Assembly: GCA_045639025.1 (NCBI GenBank)
Contig: JAZUCH010000005.1
Span: forward strand, 2,806 to 66,805
DNA: 64,000 nt
Direction: 5' to 3'
DNA from: Bacteroidales bacterium
GTDB lineage: Bacteria > Bacteroidota > Bacteroidia > Bacteroidales > F082
Shown here: one piece after another, positions 18,375 to 31,800 of the stretch
Layout of the letters: the number at the start of each line of letters is the position of its first letter
Position numbering within the stretch: the first letter of the stretch is position 1
Notes under the pieces: generated by a model
Told to the model about the DNA's origin: nothing
The model's input: only the letters and a program-made list of their open reading frames with translations
The model's database searches: none
Position numbers and translations under genes: made by a program

Positions 18375-19820
18375 TCAAAATAATAAATATGTATATTCTG
18401 AAGTCTGAAGAGACATCACCGTTGTTGCAACTCTAAAATACAGGTGATTCTCAACGCCATCGGTTTCCAATCCAGTTTCCAATATATTTACACAATCTGG
18501 GCATAAAGATGTATCCGACTTCATCAATTTATTCACATTGATATAGCTATTTCCTTGTGTTTCTAATTTAAAACCTGCTGTAGCTGATATAATAGAAGGA
18601 TTTAATACCGATACTGTAAGACCTAAATAAAGGTAAGGATCTTGTTTTGCCGGTATCTTTAGTGATGAAGATCTTGTATCCAGAATATGCTCTTCGCCAT
18701 CTCCTACAATAAATTTTTGTCCATAAGTACCTGATGCATCTAGTCTAACTCCATATATATTTGCTATAGGAGCATCCATACTTACAGAAAGTTCAGCCTC
18801 AAGCTTTCCTTTATAATATATTTCTGGATATATCTTACCATTATCACATAAGAAATTGAATCCTACTCCCTCAAATTTGGAATTATATTTAAAACCTATT
18901 GAAGCAGGAAGAATACCTGTTACATCAACAAAAGTCTTGACAAAGGTAAAAGTGTTAACCGTTGAGTTTCCGCCATCAGAAACATCATATACCAACATAT
19001 AAAGCGGAGAAGGCAATATTGTGGCTGGATCCGACAGACAATGCAATCTATTTACACATCCTATAGTATTTGCTACATTATCAACATGTTCCTCTACCTC
19101 TGCTGGTATTTCACTCGCCAATGACAAATCACTACGTTCAATACTCTTCTGTTCGTTGATTACTGGTATATTGCATGTCATCTTGCTTTCATAATACTCG
19201 CCATCTTCATCTATCGCCATAAACTTGACAACGTGCATATATAACGGCCATAACTTATTCATACTGCCGTTAAGGACATCTGTTCCTTCCTTTATCTCCA
19301 CATATTCTTCAAGCCCAGGTGGCTGTGTGACAATGTTAAAGTCATCTCTTGTGAGAGTTGAACCTTGAATGAAACATTTTGATGCTTTAGGTTCTATATC
19401 AAGAATATCCACTCTTGATGTAGCATTGACCACTACATATTCTTTCTTATGTCCATATTTTGATACCTGAGTACATTTAAATATATATTCACCTGGAGCA
19501 AAAATAGACACCGTTGGATTTGATATCAATTCGTTATCAATAAAACACGATCCATCTTCTGATTGCCTATATACCTCCCACCTATAATAAACATCATCGT
19601 TTGTATCTGTCTTCCCCAATTTCACATCAACACTACCTACAGTCTTATCAAAGAAAACATATCTGTCTTCTCCAGCAAATACTGGACCTGACTGTGAATA
19701 AGACTTTAATCCCATTGAAACAAACAACAGAACAAACAACATTTTTGGATGCAGAACGCAAAACGCAGAACGCAAAACTTTTCTTGATATCATTGTGTAT
19801 TTTATATTATTCTTTTCCAT
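18375..19820 (-). CDS. Exported protein of unknown function. The C-terminal half is beta-strand-like and ends in Phe, so it may be an outer membrane beta-barrel.
   Basis: Hydrophobic signal MLFVLLFVSMGLKSYSQ. The true start may be the ATG at 19793 or 19742, because upstream codons are read from a heptamer array (gcagaacgcaaaacgcagaacgcaaaac). The N-terminal Ig/PKD-like segment reads YRWEVYRQSEDGSCFIDNELISNPTVSIFAPGEYIFKCTQVS. The C-terminus is ...LYFRVATTVMSLQTSEYTYLLF. The gap to the upstream giant gene is 9 bp. Confidence 0.6.
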   Translation of the reverse strand: MEKNNIKYTMISRKVLRSAFCVLHPKMLFVLLFVSMGLKSYSQSGPVFAGEDRYVFFDKTVGSVDVKLGKTDTNDDVYYRWEVYRQSEDGSCFIDNELISNPTVSIFAPGEYIFKCTQVSKYGHKKEYVVVNATSRVDILDIEPKASKCFIQGSTLTRDDFNIVTQPPGLEEYVEIKEGTDVLNGSMNKLWPLYMHVVKFMAIDEDGEYYESKMTCNIPVINEQKSIERSDLSLASEIPAEVEEHVDNVANTIGCVNRLHCLSDPATILPSPLYMLVYDVSDGGNSTVNTFTFVKTFVDVTGILPASIGFKYNSKFEGVGFNFLCDNGKIYPEIYYKGKLEAELSVSMDAPIANIYGVRLDASGTYGQKFIVGDGEEHILDTRSSSLKIPAKQDPYLYLGLTVSVLNPSIISATAGFKLETQGNSYINVNKLMKSDTSLCPDCVNILETGLETDGVENHLYFRVATTVMSLQTSEYTYLLF

Positions 19821-19829
19821 ATAGCGATA

Positions 19830-22800
19830 TTATTCCACCTCATCTTTTAATTGCTCAAACTGATATATTTCATCATTTGTATAGATAACGAATCCCAGTC
19901 CGTCATTTGTAAAACAGTAGATCGGCACAGTGTAGCGCACTCCAGGACGAAGGATGCCTTCTGGTTCTCCTTCCATTCCGATTGGAATGTCTAACTCTGT
20001 TCTGTGTACGTTTATCTCACCTCTTTCGAGACCGATCCACGCACCAGCAAGACTGCATAGTCTAATCTTAGGATTTACAATATCTGTGTTACCTATATTA
20101 CCATATTCAAGAGTCAAGATACAATATCTGTTAAGTCTCAATCCATCTGGGATGATAAGATTTGTTGAGAGGTTTTCTGGCAGACCAGGCACCACAACGA
20201 AACTATTCATCAGATATGTATATCCAGCACAATAGTTATATGCTTCTATGCTATAGACGCCCTCTTCCGCACCTGTCATATCGAAGGTGACGCATACCTC
20301 ATTGAAGTTGATGTAATAGAGTTCTTCTGCTTCGATTATGTTATACATAGTGCTATCTGCAGGATTACCCATGAAGAGTCTGACCGGCATATCGTAACGG
20401 AACTTAGAACCTATGAGTTTCACAGTGACCTTACCTGTGTTACCAGCGGTGTTAGATTCTACAGAACGTATTTCAAATGGCAAGATGTTAGCTTCTATAG
20501 TAACCATCTGCTCATCATCGAGAGGGTCGTTACCCATAACGCTGATACCGTAGTAACCAGCTCTTGTCGTTGGGATATATACTTCAGAATTGCCTTCCAT
20601 ATCGCCGTCAGTTGAGAAGTCGTAATCCATATTGCTACCAATACTGTTATGTTTTACGTAGATGTTATTCACAGCACCTATTTCAGCATCCAGTGATGAA
20701 ACATGGATACGAACCGTCTCGTTGATATTTCCGTTGATATTAAGTTTGAAGTCTTTATGTACGAGGTCTTTCAACTTGAATGTAATCGGTGTATCGAAGA
20801 AGAGTTCTGGGACCTGTACCTCGAAAGGATAAGCAGAATATCCTCTATTGTTATTTTCATCCACTTCATAGAATGAGTTACGAGCATCACCATAAATGAT
20901 GATGTAATACTCGCCTTCTGGTATACCCGAGATATCTGCAGTGAAAGTATATTCTTCGTAAGAATAGTTAGGCAATACCAAATCATGATCTATGTTTCCT
21001 AACAAGATGTCGTCTGGACTGAATGTCTGGTCTGTTGAGAGATAAATAACATCGTTACAACCCTTACCTTCCAATTTGTTTGGTCCTAAGTTCTTGAGGT
21101 GATATTTTATTTCCATATCATCACCTGAAGTAACCATGTATGGATGAGAAATAGCTTCAACAATAATATCTCCTGGAGGATTATGATCTACATTAACTGT
21201 ATGCATTCCGAGGTTGTTTTCGTAATTCACCTCAAATAACATTCTTTCTCCGTTTGAAGCATTGACATCAATATAGAGAGCAAAGTTTCCTGTATTCGGC
21301 AATGGAATTATTAATTCTATAGTATCATTATAAGACTGACCAGGATCCAAATTGAGATTGTCGTTGTAATTAATTCCTCCCAAGATTCCATTATCATAAG
21401 TATTTCTTGACCAAAAGATCTTGTCTATCCATGATGCAGCAACTTTGTCGCCAATATTTGTAACAGTATAGGCAACACGTATCGGTTGACCCGCCGCAGG
21501 ATATTCCGTTACAATATCAACATTGCTAATCTCGAGGTCTGGAACTGGGACACTATAAACATTCTCACCCATACAAGCAATATTGTTACTTGGATTGGTA
21601 TCAGGATTATTATTTCCATCATCAGCAACCATTATGATATAAACATCAGGACCTATACCATAAGGAATAGTAACATCTATTACACCTATTTGCGATTCTC
21701 CAGCTTTCAATCTGTTAGCACGAAACGTTCTGATTTTAATATCACCACCGTCCAATACATTATCCTCAGACAGATAAATAGTATTAAAATAAGATTTAAC
21801 AGTAGGCTTGGTTCCATTATTTCTAACCTCATATTCATATGAAACAACATCTCCCCAGTATATATCACCTATTAATCTAGCCAAGTATCTAACTTCCAAA
21901 TCACAATCGTATAAACCAACATCTAATAGAGGACTCTGATATATATTATTATTTTCGCCAATATGCTCATATACAACATCTTCAGCATCCACTACTATGT
22001 AAAGGTATTGTGCCGTAGTTATATCTGCAGGAAGAACAAACTCAAAGTATCCTTTACAACCATTACCATAATGACTAAAATCAATTATGTCACCATATGT
22101 CATTGAATTTGAGCATAAATATTTAGCATTATTTATATTGAATTGTGGTTCAGATGAAATATAGAGTCTATTAGTCACAATTGTTTCACGTAAATTATAA
22201 AATTCCACGCCTTGGGTTTCTCCTATAGTGTAAGGCAATACAATAGTATCCCCTGCCATCGCACTTTCAGGCATATCAACATGCAATATTTCCAGATCAG
22301 AATAAGGGCGCAACGACACTTCGAAACTCTCAGATACTATGTAATTAGTATATGTATTATCACCTTCACAAACATTTTCATCATCATTGACTGAGACATA
22401 GAGGTAATATATACCCTCAGCCGATTGTGGCATTGTAACATATTCTGTTATAGTGACAGTCTCTCCTATTGCAAGAGACATAGGTTCATACTTGCTCAAC
22501 AACTCTTCTGCTGTGATGAAGTTAAGTTCAGGAGATAGACCAAGATAATATCTGATATTGACTGTATCATTAAAATCTACATAACCTCTATTTGTGATAG
22601 TATATGTAATTTCATTTCTTGAAATGAGCACAAGTTCATCTGCGAAAAAGTCTGGGTTGAAGAGCTGCAAGTCTATAGTCTGATTATTATTTGTAAATGT
22701 TTTTTCATTGCCAACATAACGGCTTTCAACCTTGAGAGTATTATCTGTATAGAAGTTACATTCAAGATGTATAGGCAACTTCATTATCAACGAATCATTA

Positions 22801-25800
22801 GGATTAAGATTGATTGACTCTATTCTATTATTAAATATCTGTGCATTGTTATAGTTGACAGTATTAGACATTTGACCGTCGATAATCTGACCTTGACCTA
22901 TATTCTTAACAATATATCTGACAGTATCTCTGTTCTCATCAAGTGTCAAACCATATACATAGAGATCTGGCAAGACCACTCTTACAGTATCACTTATCGC
23001 ATTATTATCTTCTTTATTGTATTCGAAGATGTTATCGCCTTGGTCAGTAAGAATATGTATGTAATACAATCCATCTTCATATTCTTCTGGAATAAGCACT
23101 TCTTTTTCTACGGTATAACTATTCTTGTATAGTTCAAGTTTCTCATGACGAAGAGCCTCGCGTTTCAAGTCCTGTATTTCTTTTTCCTGCAAATACTGGT
23201 TCCACTCATCCGAATCAACAGTAATAGTGTCAGAAGGTATGATTTCAGGGAACTTACAATTTACAAACACGTCAATAGTGTCAATTATAGCTTCTAATTC
23301 ACCAAGAGTCCATAATATCTTGTTATTATTGTACGTCATCAATTCTTCCGCAGAGTTATCAAACTCTGATTCTTTAGAAATATAAATCTCATCTCTCCAT
23401 GGTTTTCCGTAAATTGGAGGCAACATTGCACAAGTATCTTCCGACCATTTTGAGTTTTCGTTAGTATTCTTGTAACCTATATTCTTGACTGTATATGAAA
23501 TCTTGAATTTCTCATTTGGTGACAAGGTATCTGATGATATTACGATATTTTCTATTGTCAAGTCAGCAGGCGGCACTAGCATAAATACTGTAGGATGTTC
23601 TGAACAGAATGATATATTATTATGCTCGAATAATGATTCATAAACTTGGTCACGTACGTCAGTCTCTACGAAGAAGTAGAATGTGTCGATATCCTTCTCA
23701 TTGGTGATGAATTTTGCTGTACGAGTAAGTGTATCGTTACGTTCAATGCTGATAGTATCACGGAAAGCACCTAACATTATCGCATCATCATCGAAAACAT
23801 CTTTTGTTGACATATAGATATTGTCAGTTACAGGAATATTTTCGAAGGCAGCGCCACCTTGGTTGATGAGTTGCCATGAGATAGTGATGCTATCACCGGC
23901 GAAATGTTCGTAAGGAACGATAACATTCGTTGCTATGAGGTCAGGGATTGGAGGGATATCTACTTCAATAGCTTTATAGAAGAAGTTATCCACGCCGTTG
24001 ATTTCCTCGAAAGAAGCATTACCGGCTTTCTTATTATAACCAGACATAAAACCGTATGGTTTTCCTTCTCCATAGAGGTTTGGAGTATATGGATTAGGGA
24101 ACACACCACCATATTGTGCAAAGTTCAGACCTAATCCAGCGTTAGGGTTCCAGTTAGACAAGACGAACAAGAACACTGCGCCATACATATCGTCAGGTAC
24201 TGTGATAGTCGCTGTATTTGTATAGCTCTCTCCTACTTGCAAAGCAGTGAGGTTTTCCACTCTGTCAATGATAAATGACTCGTATGGAACCTGTGTGAAG
24301 CTTTCTGTTGTCCAGTCGATAGGATAAGAAAGAACTATGTAATCATACCATGTCTCGCCAACAGGTGTAGGACCGTGACCGTCGTTACGTACTGTCCATT
24401 CCACTGTCATAGGCTGACCTGTCTGTGCGTAAGAGCAGTCCATCGCTGTGATATGCAAGTCAGGCAATGCTGTGTTGAAATACATAGTGTCTGTTTCTAT
24501 AGCAGCACATTCTCTGTAAGCCACCACCTTCCATGCGTAATAAGCGATATCTTCTTCTAAAGTCTGCTCTAGATATCCTGGCAGTTGTTCTTCAATAGGT
24601 ATATAAGGAAGGAGTCTAGGATATCTGCCATAACCTTGATATACTGACGCTTTAAGGTCAATAGTATGATAGTTATTGGTGATGTTGTATGCTACAGGGA
24701 AGTCTGGTTCCGCAAGTCCATGACCATCATCGACACGCCATAACCATAACTCGTATGACTCAGCACCTTCTATGTGATCCCAAGAGAACAAGACTTTGCT
24801 GTTAGCTTGAAGAGCCTGGTCATTTTCTGGCAATAAGTTGTCTGTCTCGAAATAGTTTACCCAAACTACAGAATCTGGATTACATTCTGTAGTGAAGTAA
24901 ACAGGATTAGAATAAGGGCTCATTTCAATCTCGTTGCATATAGCGCGTACCTTGACGAAATATTCAAGGTTTGGAGAGAGACTATCGATAGTGATATATG
25001 TTGTATCGACTGTCATCAATGTTGGTGAGTTCTCTCCTGCTCTATCAAAATATACTAACCATTCTGCTTCTGTTCCGTTTGAAGTCCATGTAACATCAGC
25101 TGTTGTGAATGTCAGCTTATCTTCAGGAACGCTGAGGTCAGATATCATCTTACATGAAGTAGGATTATGTTCGCAAGCGCCCATATCAATATTAGCTCCT
25201 CTGACACGTTCATTGCCATCATAGTCAAAATCAAGGTAATGTGTCAGATCCTTATTACCTTTATCGATACAGTCTGATGTTTCACTGAGGTTGTACCAAC
25301 CATCTTCCAGACGCTCAAACGAAACATAATTAAGGGCAACATTACTACCACTATTTTCTGTCTCCAATATAATATTTGTTGCAGGATCAGGCACAAACTC
25401 GTCACGTTCACAAGCTGAATACTGGAAGTCCGGACCATAATGAGAATGTCTAATGTTACTTATATAATTACCTGCTCTATTTCCCCACACTATTGAATTA
25501 TATATAGGAAATTCACCTGATGCATAAATACCACCTGCATAAGCTCCTTGAGCATCGCCATCTGCAACATTATTCACGACAGTACTATTTACAATTTTAC
25601 CGTATGTAAAGACGCCTCCACCCTCTTTTGCCGAGTTTTGAATTATCACAGAATTGTATATTTTACATTGGACACCATATATACCACCGCCTCTAATATC
25701 CGCTTTGTTCAGTCCGATATAGCAATATGAGATAGTATCATTGATACCATTCGCCACCAAAATGGCGCCACCACTTGCCGTTGTAGTGTTATCTCTAAAA

Positions 25801-28800
25801 GCACAATCATGTACAGAAACATTATTTACAATATACAGAGCTCCACCGCCATTTGTACTCAAAGGACTGGAGAGATTGGTATTATATAAAAAACCTGAAT
25901 TATATACTTCTACATTACTGAGTCGAGCTGCAGCTCCCTTATTTACAGAGCGTCCATTCATGAATCTTATACCATCTATTCTATTACGAGTGCCAGATTT
26001 ATTATCCTTAAGATCTCTGATCAAGATTTGTTGCTTATTTTGTCCGTCAAAGACTGTCTTGTTTGTATCGAAGTCACGTAATGATAGGTCGAAGTTTGCC
26101 GCTTCATTACCAACGAAACCACCATATAAGCTGACATTATCTGGCATGATGAATGCTGGATTTGATGCCACGCCATTACCTTTATAAGTACCCTTTGCAA
26201 TCCAGAACTTGATAGGTCTTTCATATTGATATATTCTATCCATAGCGAACTGCAGATATGGAGTTGCATTAGCCCATGAAGAACCATCTTTAGTACCGGC
26301 ACCTTTTTCTGTCACATAGACAATATCGTTAGCATCAGGTATAATCTCATGGTTAATTTCGAAGTTACTTTCATAAGCACCCATATCGATGGAATCGTTT
26401 ATAATACGAGGATTGCCATCAAGGTCTACGTCTGTTACAAGTGAAATTGTAGAACCACGGTTAACACAGACAGAACCATCTTGCAATCTCCAGTCGCCTG
26501 CTCCATAGTTACCTACGCCAACTGCGGTTGTAGGATTTACGAACATCGGATAGTTGATATCATCGCTGCCTGAATTAGCGGCGTTAAGAATGATGTTGCC
26601 TTTACCGACACAACCACCTTCAACAGCAGAATAATTCACTTGTGTGTTATAGTAAGAAACATCAACATCATCCAAATTCAAGTTTGATGTGATGTTACCT
26701 TCTATCTTATTTCCCCAAATAATAGAATTCTCAACAAGTTCATAATTAGAGATACCACCTACTCCATCATAAGCATAGTTATTAACAATAGTAGAATTAT
26801 AATGCTTAGTCTTTGGAGATTTTGAATCTTGAGCACTTGTACCAGCGCCAGCATACGCATCAACGCCGCCATATCTATCATCTTTTACCGCACCATTGTT
26901 ATTGATGAGACAGTTTCTAAATGTAATAGGTCCATAATAACCACCACCAATAGCATTTGTCACTTTATTGTTTCTTATTACAGAATTTATAACAGAAACT
27001 TCTTTTGTATCAGCATATATACCTGCTGCTCCGCATTGTTCACCAAGACTATTCCAGAGACCTTCGATAGCTGCACCGTTCTCTATTATTGAGTTTCTCA
27101 ATTCACCCTTACGCATCAAAACGTTACCACCATAATTACAATATACGAAACCGTTTCTTATTGTGAGACCGTCATAGATGGCATAGTGCATTGGGTCGAG
27201 AGAATATTTGAAGTGAGTGCTATGAGCCTGATGCAATGTTCTTTGGATATTCTGACCGTCGAGGATTGTTGCGTTGTTGACAAGGTCACGTTGTGTAAGG
27301 TCATAGTCGTGAGCCTCGTTACCAACGAAACCGCCATAGATGTCAATACCATTAAGACCGATGAATGCATCTACGTATGGCCAGCCGTTACCGGTGTAAG
27401 TACCTTTGGCAATCCACACTTTTGGATGATTGTCATCATCAGCTGCAAAGTTAAGAGCGAGCTGCAAGTCGTTGATAGCGTTGTCCCAAGAAGAACCTGT
27501 CATATCGCTGCCTGTATTATTTGCATTGACGTAGATGATGTTATTTCCGTCAGGATAGATACGGAAACTGTTTGTTCCATTTGTCTCGTAAGCACCTATA
27601 TCTATTCTGTCTTGTTTTACACGTTTCTCATCATCGAGGTCTTGTTCAATCATATATTCGAGGCGTTCACCCATATTGATACAGATTGAACCTTCCTTGA
27701 TTCTCCAGTCGCCGCCCCAGTAGTTGGCACCCACTTTTTCAGTAGGATTTACGAAGCGTGGTGAGAACATATCGTTGCCGTTTTCAGCAGTGAGGTTGAT
27801 AGTACCGATACCGGCAGCACCTCCTTGGATAGCGCAGTATCTCACATAGATAGGAACATTAGAAGCAGACACCGCAACCTGTTGTGTATTGAGGTCTGTC
27901 TTGTTACCCCACATTATACAATTTATGAACTCGTTGTTGCTTCCTGAGTTTGCGCTATATACACCGCCACCGAGATAATATGAGAAGTTGTTTACCATAG
28001 TACAGTTGAGCAACTGTGATGGCAATGATGAATTACCTATATACATACCTCCACCGTATGATGACTCGGTGAGCACGCTGTTGTTAGCGATGAGACAGTT
28101 GTTGATAGTTGCGTTTTCTCCGTAGATACCACCACCATGTTTTGCTGAACCGGTGAGGTTGTCGATGAGGTTGTTGTTGATTTCGCAATATGTCAAAACT
28201 GAAGATTTACAGAATGCACCGCCACCTTGTGAAAGAGCAGTATTGCCATAAATCTTACAATCAGTTATTTCGCATTTATTGTCAGCATAGATACCTGCAC
28301 CAGCACTACCTTGGTTATTCTTGATGATACAGTTTCTAACCTTAACAAAGTTCTTGACATAAATACCGCCACCTTCTTTTGTTGTATAACCTTCTTGAAT
28401 TGTGAAACCGTCAATTACCGCATTTTCATTAACATTAAAATCCTCATATGCGTTATAGTTACCCAAGACTCTCTGACTTTGTGCACCGCTGAGAATTGTC
28501 TCATTTGTCACGAGGTCTCTGTCTTCGAACTCTATTCCATTCAACTCATTACCAGCGAAACCACCATAGATTTCAACACCTGGTTTTATCTGGAACGCCT
28601 GAGCACTGGATCCGTTACCCATATAAGTACCCTTAGCGACCCATACTTGTTTCTTGGATTCTGACTGGAATGAAGATGCCTTATTGATAGCTTCTTGTAT
28701 ATCCGACATAGCGTCATTCCATGAAGAACCGTCTTTCTTACCAGCACCTGTTTCAGTGACGAACCATATCATTCTTACTTCAAGGTCTAAAGTAACGAGA

Positions 28801-31800
28801 CTATCACATGCAGATCCTTCTGGAGTCCATTGTTTGCTGTAGTGTCCCGACTCTGTCAATATATCGCCATAGAACACATATTCCTCATTTGCAATGACCT
28901 TCATGTGTCTGTAACCGATACATCCGCCTTCGTAAGCACCCATATCTACATTATCATTATAGATACGGTCTTTTCCTGCCAAGTCGAACTCTCCTACAGA
29001 ATATGCATTGTTACCTTTATCGGTGACAGCAGAATTGCTTTGAAGCTGATATGCTCTTCCTTCAGGATCGATAAAGTTGACATAGTTGACACCTTCTTCT
29101 GTTCCTGTGTTATATTTATCGAGGTTAATATTACCTGTTCCTGTGTAACCGCCATGGATACCGCAGTATTCGTATGTATTGTCATAACCCTCTATCTGGT
29201 TAGAATAGTTACGGCTAACATTATTCCACAAGATACAGTTATAATACTTGTTATTATGATTTGTAGATGACAAGGTATCGAAGGCATACATTTCAGTGTT
29301 GTTACCAACGATAGTACTATTCAGAACCTTAGTCCAGTTGATATTCAAACCAGCAAAACGATCTGACTTGTTGTTACTGATTTCACAGTTGACAATACTA
29401 TCACATTGTGTTGCAATACCATCATACTTTCTTGACATTACAATGGCACCACCTTCTGTATGAGCATAATTATCATGGAACTTGGAATATGAAATAACAA
29501 CATTCATTTTACTACTGTTATTATCAGCATATATAGCACCACCTTTAACAGCCACGTTATTATACAACTCACAATTTGTGACTGTCACATTATCTTTCAG
29601 TCTTATAGCACCACCCATATATTCATCAGGGAACGATGTTATTGATATAGGAATACGTTCAAGGTATATAGGTTCAGCATTACCATTCTTGAATGTAAAG
29701 CCATCTATGATTGATTTCTCATAATCATATGTACTTGAATAATGATCAATAGCACGATAATAATCCTTAGCATCCAAAACTGTTTTGTTTTCAAACATAT
29801 CTCTGTCGTTCTTATTGAATGTTGCTGAATTTTCATCACCTGCAAAACCGCCATAGATTTTTGTTCCAGGCACTATTGTGAACATCGCCCAACCTTCATT
29901 AGCAGACATTGTATAAACACCTTTCTTCATCCAGATTTCAGGACGTGGGTCCATTGTAGCTGCATAGTTGATAGCTGTCTGAACATCAGCAGTGGCGTTA
30001 TTCCAAGAAGAACCGTCCTTGCTGCCTTTAGCGGTCACATCTACATAAATGACATTATTTGCATCTGGAACAATGATGTCTTCTCTTGAATAATCTGATT
30101 CCTGTGCTCCAATATCAACTCTACCTTGTCTTACACGGCTCTTGCCTTTGAGGTCGTATTCTGTAAGATCATATAGTGCATCTGTACCTGCATTGATACA
30201 TACAGAGTTAGGAGTAAGAGCAGTACCGTCAAGTGACAATGTATAATCTTTATTTATGGTTATATTACCTTCTCCTGGATAACCTCCTTCAACTGCACAA
30301 TAACGTAAATTTGAAAGTCCCACCCACTCTCTGGTTATTTTCATTTCATCATCAAAGAAGTAATAATAGTTGGAAAGGTTATTTGAATTACCATTAACTT
30401 TATTACCATAAATGATAGTATTTACTATTTCGTCAAACTTACCATAGAAAGCGCCACCAGATACTTTAGCACTGTTGTTTATGACAGTACAATTATAGAG
30501 ACTAATGCTACCGCCTATCTTACGGAAAGCACCGCCATTACCGTCTTCTTCACCATCAATAGTTCTTGTAACTTTATTATTTGAGATAACAGTATTATAA
30601 TAGCGTCCGTCTCCCCATCCGCCTACAATTTTAGGGTCTTCTTGATATACAGCACCTGCATTGTTGCTGATTATGGTATTATATACATCTTGGAAACTTA
30701 CAGCAATCCTCTCGTAACCATATTCATCCTTAAACGACTCTGCAGCCCACATAATCTTAATAGCACGACGCTTATTATTGGAGATACTACATCCATCTAA
30801 CATTGTATAAGTCTGTACTTCTACACCAAGTCCATCATTGTTATCAATATTACAATTGAAGAATGATGTATTTTCTGAGTGTATTACAGGAGTACCTTGG
30901 TTATGATGGATGTTACAATTTTCAAATGTATTGATTGATTTGCGTGCATTACAGTTATCAAAATCAGCAGCATCAATCCAAATAGGTCCTGGACCGTATT
31001 CTGAATTAGTACAGTTATCCGTAATGATACAATTTCTTATATAGAAATGCTTTTTCATAAATAAAGCAGTTCCTTTTGATACACTCTGACGTGAAAAACC
31101 TTTAGTGATGGTGAAACCATCAATGATTACAGGTGTTTCTTCTGTTGCGTCTTCTTCCATGCAGATGACACGTTGTATGTAACCGCCGTCGAGAATTGTC
31201 TCGTTAGCTGTAATATCACGTTGTGTGATGTCGTAGTCGGCAAACTCAGTTCCTGTGAAACCACCATAGAGACGTACGTTTGGTTTCAAGATGAAAGCAT
31301 TGACTGATGTACCATCGCCTCTATATCTTCCCTTAGCAACCCATATTTCTGTTAAGTTACCATTATCTTTTATTGAATCGCATGCCGTCTTAAGTTCGGT
31401 ATAAGCGTTTTCCCATGAAGTACCATTATTAAGACCCTTAGCTTCTGCATTGACATAAACGATGTGTTTGAAAGTGAGATGCATAACAATGATACTATCG
31501 CAATCATGCTTTGCTTCTTTACGATGGATATATATTCCAGGTTCGGTAAGCCATTCTCCATAGAAAGGATATTCATCCATCATAGTAACGACTTTATATT
31601 CACGTTTCAAGACACAGCTGCTTTCTATAGCACCTATATCAACAGTACCGTCACCGACACGTTCTTTTCCATACGCATCAATTTCTTCTGTCACTACAGA
31701 GTTGTCACCAGCGTCAATCAAAACTGAATTTTCACCAAGTTCATAGTTGTTGCCTTCTGGTGAAATGAAATTAGGATATTCATAAGTCTGACTTGTACCG

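Noticed and set aside
19830-20130. Type-A or type-B T9SS C-terminal domain at the end of the 6088-aa protein
   Set aside because: The last 100 residues lack both the type-A pattern seen in three other proteins here and the SprB-type tail. They resemble one more CARDB-like unit followed by an acidic tail.
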